From the NCBI GenBank assembly GCA_015523565.1, contig WAKA01000221.1, positions 1 through 27,134 of the forward strand: DNA of 27,134 bases. The letters run 5' to 3'. The notes beneath the pieces were generated by a model. That model made no database searches. It was not told the origin of the DNA and saw only the letters and a program-made list of their open reading frames with translations. This document shows positions 9,307 to 17,479 of the stretch, one piece after another; position 1 is the first letter of the stretch, and each line of letters begins with the position of its first letter. A program made the position numbers and the translations under genes. The DNA comes from Candidatus Heimdallarchaeota archaeon. GTDB taxonomy: Archaea; Asgardarchaeota; Heimdallarchaeia; Heimdallarchaeales; Kariarchaeaceae.

Positions 9307-9973
9307 AAACAGTTTCTTTTCTTGGATCAAAACTCAACAGCGGCATAACTAAATTTGAGATCATTATCCTTTGGAAAATTTCATTTGTATCAAGATCCGA
9401 ATTTTTTTTCCCCAATTCATTTATCTTGGATGTAAAGGCGGTAAAAGCCTCTTGGATTTCCATAAGCTCCTTTTCAGAGGCGGCATTGACAAAGGTAAGA
9501 TTACCTGAAAGAAACATTTTTGGCATTTTAGAAGAAGATTTCTCATCTTGGAGTTTCTCAGCCAAGACCTTTGCATTCTCTTCAATATAGTGGGCGGCAT
9601 ATAGCCCAAACCTTTGTGTAATGATGGCAACAGTTCTAAGAATGGCTCCAATTGTGGTAAAGAAAGAAGAATCTTTGTTTTTAAGCCCCTGTTCAAATTG
9701 TTTCTCCCCATTCTTCAGAATTATGTCCAATTTGTCAGTGATGCGGTAATATTTTCCACGTTTATCAGCCATTTGCTGATCAAGCTCAATGTAACCTTCC
9801 TCAATCAGTTTTTTTAGGTGAGGGAGACATGAAGGAGGAGAAATCCCCATGACTTTTGCAATTTGCTTAAGATTAAGAGATCCATATGTCCTCAAAATAA
9901 GGATGATTGACATTTTTGTTTCCTGTTTGAGAAGTTCCAAAAAAGCAGACAATGAAGGTTCAGAACTGGACAT
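9296..9973 (-). CDS. ArsR/SmtB-like winged-helix regulator with C-terminal extension
   Basis: wHTH: LKQETKMSIILILRTYGSLNLKQIAKVMGISPPSCLPHLKKLIEEGYIE...KYYRIT. Divergent from the OPT transporter. Confidence 0.85.
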   Translation of the reverse strand: MSSSEPSLSAFLELLKQETKMSIILILRTYGSLNLKQIAKVMGISPPSCLPHLKKLIEEGYIELDQQMADKRGKYYRITDKLDIILKNGEKQFEQGLKNKDSSFFTTIGAILRTVAIITQRFGLYAAHYIEENAKVLAEKLQDEKSSSKMPKMFLSGNLTFVNAASEKELMEIQEAFTAFTSKINELGKKNSDLDTNEIFQRIMISNLVMPLLSFDPRKETVFNQ

Positions 9974-10027
9974 TTTACATAATCCCCTGATTTTTTGCTT
10001 TTAATAATGTTTATATGATCGAAATAA

Positions 10028-10059
10028 ATTAGGAAATTTAATAAATTAGTTTTCCTAAT
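10028..10059. promoter_or_regulatory. Tandem palindromic operator between regulator and OPT gene
   Basis: ATTAGGAAATTTAAT (10028-10042) and ATTAGTTTTCCTAAT (10045-10059). The second is the reverse complement of the first at 13 of 15 positions. Confidence 0.65.
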
Positions 10060-10064
10060 ATTAT

Positions 10065-12023
10065 ATGAGGAGCATGGCACAAATAGAGAAAGAAAAAAAG
10101 GAAAATGAAAGTTACAAAGGAAAGGTGCTTTCAAATCCCTCTGAAAGCAACAGCTTTATTGGGGATGATAGCACCACTGGAAAAGAGGAAAAAGATTCAC
10201 ATCTGACGTATATTCTTTTTTGGGCGGTCATTATAGGCTTAGTGATGAACTGGCTTTCATTGTATCTCAATATTTCCATGGGTCTTGTCAGTGTAGGTAT
10301 AGGGCCAATGGCGGTTCTTCTTATTGGAAAGCAAATTTTGCGTTGGAAACAACTGGACACCCGTCAAAACTTGGTGATCATTATGATTGCCTACGGGGCA
10401 ACACAGGCTGCGGAAGCCGCTATCGGGTTATTGTTTATGATATGGTTGACAAAAAATGCCGTTTTCTTTTTTGGAATTCCATTCAATCCACCTTGGTGGT
10501 TATTGCCTTCAGAAACAATTTTGTCAAAACGGACAATCCTGTCTTCGGAATGGGCAGTGCCACTTGCAGTTCATTATTTTTTGATGTTGGTTCCAGGGAT
10601 TTTAGGAATTATTTTGGGATATTATATGAAAGACAAGTTCATTCATGATGATAATAGCTACCCTTTTCCAAATATGATATCCCAAACATCGCAGGTTGGT
10701 GTGTTGACAGATGAAGCTGGGACTAGAGGTCCAATTTTTTGGAGAATTGCCAAATACGGGTTTATTGTATCACTTTTGACAATATTAGTTCCAGGGCTTT
10801 TTATAATTGACATTTCCAATATTCCAAAGGGTTTTCTTTTTGGGATCATGCTTGGACCAGTGGGGGTTTCTCTTTTTGCGGCGGGCATCTTGATTGGAAA
10901 ACCTAAAATAACGGTCACACCATTTTTTGTCTCATTCCTCGCATATTCTCTCCTTGGTGTTTTCTTTTATTCAGGTGGAACAGATATGGATTATTTTGAT
11001 TATTTCACAGTTTTGTTGCAAGATTACTATTTTGTGCCGGCACTTGCATTAATGCTTGGAGGACTAATTTTGGGTCCACTTGTGTTGGGGATGATCACCG
11101 CTTCAATTTTCAAGAAAAGCACACAAGAAAAGGAAGACAATGTTAAAGGTTCCATAGATAGTGATAATGAAAAAAACAGAGAACAGAGAAGAGACAATTA
11201 CGAAAATGATCAATTGGAAGATCATTCTGTTGCGGTGACAGGCAACAAGAAACTTATCACTGTTTTTGCAATGGGATTTGTTGCGATGGTTATTTTTGTG
11301 GACACATTAAACATATTGTCAGTTCCATTTTGGCTCATTGTTTTGTTAATTTTCTGGAATGTTATTCTTGGAACTGTTGTAAAAGGATTTGTCACTGCCG
11401 CAAGTGTTGCCAAGTCAGGATCTGCCATATCACCGCCATTTGTCTTTGATGTTGTCCCTATTTTTTTGGCAGGAGGGAGAGGGTTTACACCATATATTTC
11501 CATGCCTAATGCAGAGACAGATGGAGTCAGTGGAGTGATATCCGCCTTGAAGATTTCTCAAATGAATAACGTCAAGGAAAAGAACGCAATACATGCATAC
11601 ATTGCAGGATATCTTGCCACTTCATTGACCACCCCTCTGTTTGCCTTGATGATGTGGAGTGCATTTGACATAGGAACCGCAAAATTCCCTGCACCTGCCT
11701 TTCCAATTCAAGGTGCAATTCTTGCAGGTTTTGCATCAGGCGATATTGAATCCTTCATTAACATTAAATTGTTTTTGATTTTCCTGTTGGTGTCGATCCT
11801 TGTATCTGGGCTTGGACAGGACTTTATTTTAGGGATGATCATAGGGTTGTTGTTTATACCGCATATGGCATTTCCCATGGCTTTAGGAGGAATAGTGAGA
11901 ATATGGATGGAAAGAAAATACGGTAAAGAGAAAGCAAGTGAAAAATCGGTAAATCTTGGACCTGCATTAGCAACAGGAGCGTCTTTTGTAATTCCAATCA
12001 TGATTGTGATTGCATTGCTATAA
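10065..12023 (+). CDS. OPT/YSL-family oligopeptide transporter
   Basis: Many TM segments with OPT-like motifs LYLNISMG, YPFP, FDIGTAKFPAPA, MIIGLLFIP, GGIVR, ALATGAS. Start may instead be the ATG at 10074. Confidence 0.75.
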   Translation: MRSMAQIEKEKKENESYKGKVLSNPSESNSFIGDDSTTGKEEKDSHLTYILFWAVIIGLVMNWLSLYLNISMGLVSVGIGPMAVLLIGKQILRWKQLDTRQNLVIIMIAYGATQAAEAAIGLLFMIWLTKNAVFFFGIPFNPPWWLLPSETILSKRTILSSEWAVPLAVHYFLMLVPGILGIILGYYMKDKFIHDDNSYPFPNMISQTSQVGVLTDEAGTRGPIFWRIAKYGFIVSLLTILVPGLFIIDISNIPKGFLFGIMLGPVGVSLFAAGILIGKPKITVTPFFVSFLAYSLLGVFFYSGGTDMDYFDYFTVLLQDYYFVPALALMLGGLILGPLVLGMITASIFKKSTQEKEDNVKGSIDSDNEKNREQRRDNYENDQLEDHSVAVTGNKKLITVFAMGFVAMVIFVDTLNILSVPFWLIVLLIFWNVILGTVVKGFVTAASVAKSGSAISPPFVFDVVPIFLAGGRGFTPYISMPNAETDGVSGVISALKISQMNNVKEKNAIHAYIAGYLATSLTTPLFALMMWSAFDIGTAKFPAPAFPIQGAILAGFASGDIESFINIKLFLIFLLVSILVSGLGQDFILGMIIGLLFIPHMAFPMALGGIVRIWMERKYGKEKASEKSVNLGPALATGASFVIPIMIVIALL

Positions 12024-12068
12024 AAATTTCAAAAAACACTAAATTGCCATTAAGTTATTAATGATAAA

Positions 12069-14213
12069 TTAAAACAAGGCTAATTTTCCAAAGAATAGGT
12101 TGAAAACCAGTAACAACATCCCAATTCCAAGGATCATGAATTTAGCATAATCCCCGACGATGCCGTCTTGAAGTTTTCTAAGCCTTTGGACAGAGTATTT
12201 AATTGAGTATGCAGAACCGTTGACAATGCCGTCAATGACTTTTTGGTCAAATTGGTCACTGAAATCAGCAATAGCCAGACTTGCAGTTCTGCCGAAGAAG
12301 TTGACCAATCCATCGACAACAACAGAGTCAAAAGTCTTGAAGGCATTGCCAATTGGAAGGGCAACGTGATCAACAAACCAAAAGATTGCGATATCGACGC
12401 CAAATCTGTTGTTGATGAAATCCTCAAAGAATTTCAATGAGCTTCTTATGCTTTCCCTTGCATTTGGATTGATCTTGTAGAAATAAATTGCCGCACCCAT
12501 TCCTATAAAGACCATGATTGTGGAATAGATAATACCTTGCAATGCACCGTCTGTAGGGGTATGAACACCAAACATGTTACCTAAAAATCCTTCAAAAAGG
12601 AAGATTTCTGGCAATTCAAGTTCAGCAAGATGGGCAATAAGACCAATACTGAACCAAATGCTTTCGATGACAACCAAGGATGCAAGGGTTATCAATGGGA
12701 AGAGCATAAGTTTACTTGATGCATGAGGGACAATTTTTTCTTTGTCATAGCGTTCTTCTCCCAAAAACACCACATAAAACATTCGTGTTGAATAGAAAGC
12801 GGTAATTGCAGCAGTCAAAAGCCCTATTGCTTGTGCACCTTCCTTGAATGGAATATCAGAGTTAGCGATTGAAAGGATGACTGCATCTTTTGACACAAAT
12901 CCAGACATGAATGGAAATCCAGCCAAAGCAAGCAGACCAATACCCATTGTAATGGCAGTCCATTTCATATGCCTGTAAAGACCACCCATTTCACGAATGT
13001 CTTGGACATGGTGCAGATTGTGTATTACAGCACCAGCACAAAGGAAGAGGAGTGATTTGAAGGTGGCGTGGGAGATCAAATGGAAGAATGCGGGAGAAAG
13101 ACCGCCAGCACCAATGGCAGAAGCGATATATCCAAGTTGGGAAATCGTTGAGAAAGCCAAGATTCTTTTGATATCAGTAGAAGTTGTTGCCATCAATGCA
13201 CCCAATAATGCCGTTAAAATTCCGATCCAAGTTATTATCGCGGCAGGTGGAATGCTGACATCTGGTAAAACTGCTTCAAATCCACCTACATCATAAAGCA
13301 TGAGGAAGTTTCTCATCAGAAGCAGTAGACCTGCCTTAACCATTGTAGAAGAGTGAAGTAAAGCGGAGACAGGAGTTGGACCCTCCATTGCTTCAGGCAA
13401 CCATCCAAACAGAGGGAATTGGGAGGATTTTCCAACAGCGGCCAAGAATATCAGAATGGCGGGAACAGCGAGTGTTGATGCAGAAAGTTCACCTTTATGG
13501 ATCAATTCAAAAATATGGGTATAGCTTAAATCTCCGCCAGTTTTTCCATAAGTAAGAAATATACCAACAAGAAAGCCTACGTCACCAACCTTGTTGTAAA
13601 GAAATGCTTTCATTGCAGCTGCGGAGGCAGATGGTTTATACCAATAATAGCCTATCAGGAAATAGCTAGATACACCAAGCAGTTCCCAGAATATTAAGCT
13701 GTTGAAAAGATTGCCAGCATAAATGAAGCCCCACATTGAGCCAGTGAAGAAGTTGAGGAAAGCGAAGAATCGGGTCACTTCCTCCTCCCCATGCCTCATG
13801 TAGTCATAAGCATAAAAATGGATCATCAAGGCGATAATGCCCAATAGAGCCCCCATCATTGCGCTTAAGGGATCAATGAGGAAAGCCCATTCAAGTTTTG
13901 TTCCAGCAATGAATTCCCAAGAAGCTTCAATATAGGGAGTCTGGATACCTTTTACGTAATTTGCAAAATACATTGAAAGCACAGTAATTGAAATTCCTGT
14001 TGAAAGGAGGATTGAAAGGTTCCCTATGACTGCAGCACGCAGAGGGCTAACCTGCAATTTTCCCCTGACTTCAATATATCGAATAGCAATAAGAAGTACA
14101 GCGGCGACCATTGGAATCAACACAATTGCGGCAGTCATCAAAATCATTGAATCAGCAGTTGAATCGCCAGTGAATGCCTTAATAATCTCTAGAGTTTTTT
14201 CTGCTTCCGCCAT
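12069..14213 (-). CDS. nuoL: NADH-quinone oxidoreductase (complex I) subunit L
   Basis: Motifs IDPLS, FWELLGVSSYFLIG, KVGDVG, GKSSQFPLFGWLPEAMEGPTPVSALLHS, HATFKSLLFL, QDIREMGGL. Start moved from TTG 14264 to ATG 14213, which has SD GAGGAGG and lies just after the nuoK stop. Confidence 0.95.
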   Translation of the reverse strand: MAEAEKTLEIIKAFTGDSTADSMILMTAAIVLIPMVAAVLLIAIRYIEVRGKLQVSPLRAAVIGNLSILLSTGISITVLSMYFANYVKGIQTPYIEASWEFIAGTKLEWAFLIDPLSAMMGALLGIIALMIHFYAYDYMRHGEEEVTRFFAFLNFFTGSMWGFIYAGNLFNSLIFWELLGVSSYFLIGYYWYKPSASAAAMKAFLYNKVGDVGFLVGIFLTYGKTGGDLSYTHIFELIHKGELSASTLAVPAILIFLAAVGKSSQFPLFGWLPEAMEGPTPVSALLHSSTMVKAGLLLLMRNFLMLYDVGGFEAVLPDVSIPPAAIITWIGILTALLGALMATTSTDIKRILAFSTISQLGYIASAIGAGGLSPAFFHLISHATFKSLLFLCAGAVIHNLHHVQDIREMGGLYRHMKWTAITMGIGLLALAGFPFMSGFVSKDAVILSIANSDIPFKEGAQAIGLLTAAITAFYSTRMFYVVFLGEERYDKEKIVPHASSKLMLFPLITLASLVVIESIWFSIGLIAHLAELELPEIFLFEGFLGNMFGVHTPTDGALQGIIYSTIMVFIGMGAAIYFYKINPNARESIRSSLKFFEDFINNRFGVDIAIFWFVDHVALPIGNAFKTFDSVVVDGLVNFFGRTASLAIADFSDQFDQKVIDGIVNGSAYSIKYSVQRLRKLQDGIVGDYAKFMILGIGMLLLVFNLFFGKLALF

Positions 14214-14214
14214 T

Positions 14215-14556
14215 TTATTCGTCCTCCTCAGATTCTGCCAACTCGTATATATTGGCAACAACAATCTCCCTAAAGTTCCTATATAGGGAAATAAAAATAG
14301 CTAATCCAACGGCAGCTTCTGCTGCGGCCAAGGCAATGACAACCATTGCAAAGACCCATCCCATATATTGATCTATGACGGTTCCAGAAGTAGTGCTTTG
14401 TAGATAGCTATTGAAAGCGACAAAGTTTATGTTTGCAGAGTTAAGGATCAGCTCGACTGAAAACAATATACGAATTGCTGTTTTTTGTGTAAGTACCCCT
14501 AATATCCCAATTGAAAAGAGTATCAGGGAAAGATAGACAAACCATTCAAGTTCCAT
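14215..14556 (-). CDS. nuoK: NADH-quinone oxidoreductase (complex I) subunit K
   Basis: Motifs LFSIG, SVELILNSAN, LAAAEAAVGLAI with both conserved Glu. Start moved to ATG 14556, 9 nt after SD GGAGG and just after the nuoJ stop. Confidence 0.93.
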   Translation of the reverse strand: MELEWFVYLSLILFSIGILGVLTQKTAIRILFSVELILNSANINFVAFNSYLQSTTSGTVIDQYMGWVFAMVVIALAAAEAAVGLAIFISLYRNFREIVVANIYELAESEEDE

Positions 14557-14557
14557 T

Positions 14558-15076
14558 TCATTCATCCTCCTTAATTGCCAACTTGACAGAGGCAAGAAGT
14601 GCGGCAAGGAACATTAGGGCTATGAAAGGTAAAATGACACCAAGTCCTTGATTTGCTTGCCAAATATTTGTGAAGAATTGCCTGAGTAAGAGCTGTCCAT
14701 TGTCAGTTGTATAGATATTGCCTCTTTGGCTTGGAATGGATTTGCTGATGAATACGAACAAATTAGCCAATATCAAAAGAACGAATAGAAATGAGATCAG
14801 AAAATCAGATCGATCAAAGGAAAAGTGATCTTCCTCATTTGAAGTTAATCTTCCAGCAAAGAGCAATAGGACAGCAATACCTCCACCATAAACGCTGACT
14901 TGAATTACCCAAAGGTATTCTGAGTTTACAAGGAGAAATACATTTGCCACCCCTACCAGTGTAAAAATAAGGGAAAGGGCACTTTGCATCACACGTTTTG
15001 CGAATAAGACGCCAAGCCCACTGAAAACAATAAAGAGGGCATTGATTACGAAGAAAAAGTCAAAAAATTCCACCAT
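14558..15076 (-). CDS. nuoJ: NADH-quinone oxidoreductase (complex I) subunit J
   Basis: Motifs SALSLIFTL, EYLWVIQVSVYGGGIAVLLLF. SD GGAGG upstream. Confidence 0.9.
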   Translation of the reverse strand: MVEFFDFFFVINALFIVFSGLGVLFAKRVMQSALSLIFTLVGVANVFLLVNSEYLWVIQVSVYGGGIAVLLLFAGRLTSNEEDHFSFDRSDFLISFLFVLLILANLFVFISKSIPSQRGNIYTTDNGQLLLRQFFTNIWQANQGLGVILPFIALMFLAALLASVKLAIKEDE

Positions 15077-15088
15077 TTCAATAACCTC

Positions 15089-16189
15089 CTAGCTGAAAAC
15101 TCCTGCGAAAAACAGAATACCAAGCATAGCCACAAGACTTGCTGGAAGCAGTTGTTTCCATCCAAAACTGAGAAGCTGGTCAATACGCATTCTAGGGAAT
15201 GCAGTTCTTACAGTTGTCGCGAAGAAGACGAAAAGAAAGAACTTTATAGTGATTGTGGCAACTTGGACAAGTTCGTTGTGTCTCCAACTTTCAATCAAAG
15301 GATTATTGCTTTTGCCAAAAGGCCAAAAGTCATATCCACCAAAAAACACATAAATGAACAAGAGGCTGTTGACAGTCAGATGGACATATTCAACCATCAT
15401 GATAATTGCATACCGCCATCCAGAAAATTCTGTTCTTGGACCCATGACCAATTCAGCTTCAGCTTCAGGAATATCGAATGGAATTCTTTCAGTTTCTGCT
15501 AGACCAGCGACGTAGAAAATCAGAGCTGCAAGCAGTCCAAAGCCCCAATACTTGAACATGAACCATCCATTAAGGATTTGGTATTCAGTCATGTCAATCA
15601 AAGAGAAGGAGCCAACAACACCGATTACACCCAATATTGAGAGGAACATTGGGATTTCATAAGCCAGCAACTGACCAGCAGATCTGAAACCTCCGATAAG
15701 GGCATATTTTGAATTTGATGCCCAGCCACCAATAAACATTGCAGGTGGGAAAATTGAAAAAATTGCAAAAACATAGAGGATGCCTATGGACATGTTGCCC
15801 CCTACCAACGCCTTGCTGAATGGCAATGGTGCAAAACTCATGATTGAGGTCAATCCGATCAAATATATTGACATAAAGAATCCAAACCAATCAGCATTTT
15901 CAGGTCTTGTATCTTCTTTGAAGAGCAATTTACCCAAGTCAGCAGGGATTTGGAGAATTCCTCTAAAACCTACATAATAAGGACCTTTTCGCCCTTGCTG
16001 CCTTGCCATCACCTTTCGTTCAACAAAAGGTCCCAAAAGCTGGAGTATCATGATATAGCTCCCTATCGCAATTGTTACAAGCATGAGGGGGAGCCCGCCT
16101 TTCAGATCCTTAGGGATAAAAGATGAGATGGCCTGGACAGCCAAATCACTGACTTGTTGGATGAATGATGAAATTGGACTGTCAGACAT
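15089..16189 (-). CDS. nuoH: NADH-quinone oxidoreductase (complex I) subunit H
   Basis: Motifs ERKVMARQQGRKGP, GILQIPADLGKLLFKED, ASNSKYALIGGFR, AETERIPFDIPEAEAELV, PRMRIDQL. Confidence 0.96.
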   Translation of the reverse strand: MSDSPISSFIQQVSDLAVQAISSFIPKDLKGGLPLMLVTIAIGSYIMILQLLGPFVERKVMARQQGRKGPYYVGFRGILQIPADLGKLLFKEDTRPENADWFGFFMSIYLIGLTSIMSFAPLPFSKALVGGNMSIGILYVFAIFSIFPPAMFIGGWASNSKYALIGGFRSAGQLLAYEIPMFLSILGVIGVVGSFSLIDMTEYQILNGWFMFKYWGFGLLAALIFYVAGLAETERIPFDIPEAEAELVMGPRTEFSGWRYAIIMMVEYVHLTVNSLLFIYVFFGGYDFWPFGKSNNPLIESWRHNELVQVATITIKFFLFVFFATTVRTAFPRMRIDQLLSFGWKQLLPASLVAMLGILFFAGVFS

Positions 16190-16212
16190 TTCAAGTCGAG
16201 TATGAATTAACC

Positions 16213-16220
16213 TATTAAAA
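16213..16220 (-). promoter_or_regulatory. Putative TATA box (TTTTAATA) for nuoHJKL
   Basis: Located -24 to -31 from the nuoH ATG, the usual spacing for leaderless archaeal mRNA. Confidence 0.5.
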
Positions 16221-16373
16221 TTGTAATTATACTGTATGTGGCTAAATTCGTAAAATTTGAAAATTTTTGAAATTCAATATGGGGTATTTTTTGGGCAATA
16301 TAGTAGTGGAGAATTGAGTTTCCACCAATGAATTGTCGAATATTTTTTTTATTGCAGGGCAAAAATGAGCTAA

Positions 16374-17426
16374 ATGGGTGTTAAGAATCTTTCCGACCTA
16401 TTGAGTCTTTCAAAAATACCATTTAAACAGGATCGGAAAATTACAGATTTCAAAAATCGGAAAATTGCATTCGATGCATTCAATGTCCTTTATCAATTCC
16501 TTTCTTCAATAAGGGATCCATCAGGCAGAATGTTGATGGACAATGAAGGACGAGTAACGTCCCATTTAATTGGATTGCTCACCAGAAATTCACAGCTTTT
16601 GCAGAATGGGATAAAAATAGTATATGTCTTTGACGGCGAATCAGATCCATTGAAAGGACAAGAGATTAAACGAAGAAAAGAGATCAAGGAACAAGCAAGA
16701 GAAGAATACGAAAAGGCGATGGAAGAGGGGGATGTTCAGAGGGCAAAACAGTTGGCATCCCGAATAACTCATTTAACTCCTCAAATGGTGGAGGATTCAA
16801 AAAAACTTCTTGAAGTGATGGGCATTCCCGTTGTCCAAGCGCCTGGAGAAGGGGAAGCCCAATGTGCACAGATGACAAAGGAAGGAATTGTTGATTCTGT
16901 AGCATCACAGGATTATGATGCTTTATTATTTGGCGCACCATCATTAGTGAGAAACTTGAACTTAAGTGGAAAAAGAACATTGCCTAGTGGAAGAGTCATA
17001 ACCATCAATCCTGAAGAGATCAATTTGCGAGATTTGTTGGACGGCTTGCAAATTACAAGGGAGCAATTGATTGATATGGGCATCCTGTTGGGAACTGACT
17101 TTAATCCAGAAGGATTCAAGGGAATTGGTCCCAAGACTGCATACAAACTTTTGAAAAAATACCAATCATTTGAGGAGATAAAAAAGCACGAACCAAAGGT
17201 TCAGAATGTGGAGGTTCCATATGAAAGAATAAGAGGCATATTTTTGAGTCCCAATGTCAAACATGGAGTGAAAGTGAAATTCGGGTCATATGACCCTGAG
17301 AAAATACTTCATTTCCTTGTTGATGAGAGAGGATTTTCAGTAGACCGCCATAAACCACTTATCATGAAAACTGCAAAAATCATAGAGGACTTGGAAAAAC
17401 AAACTTCACTTGAAAGTTTCTTTTAG
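16374..17426 (+). CDS. fen: Flap endonuclease 1
   Basis: MGV start, DAFNVLYQFL, TSHLIGL, YVFDG, APGEGEAQ, SQDYDALLFG, GTDFNP-GFKGIGPKTA, and C-terminal PIP box QTSLESFF. Confidence 0.98.
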   Translation: MGVKNLSDLLSLSKIPFKQDRKITDFKNRKIAFDAFNVLYQFLSSIRDPSGRMLMDNEGRVTSHLIGLLTRNSQLLQNGIKIVYVFDGESDPLKGQEIKRRKEIKEQAREEYEKAMEEGDVQRAKQLASRITHLTPQMVEDSKKLLEVMGIPVVQAPGEGEAQCAQMTKEGIVDSVASQDYDALLFGAPSLVRNLNLSGKRTLPSGRVITINPEEINLRDLLDGLQITREQLIDMGILLGTDFNPEGFKGIGPKTAYKLLKKYQSFEEIKKHEPKVQNVEVPYERIRGIFLSPNVKHGVKVKFGSYDPEKILHFLVDERGFSVDRHKPLIMKTAKIIEDLEKQTSLESFF

Positions 17427-17479
17427 AAAACAAATCGAAGGAAGCTATTTATTCAATGGTTACAGAATATGAGTGAAGA

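Noticed and set aside
14214-14607. Longer starts for nuoL (14264) and nuoK (14607) in the ORF track
   Set aside because: They overlap upstream genes. Downstream ATGs have GGAGG SD sites and abut the preceding stops.
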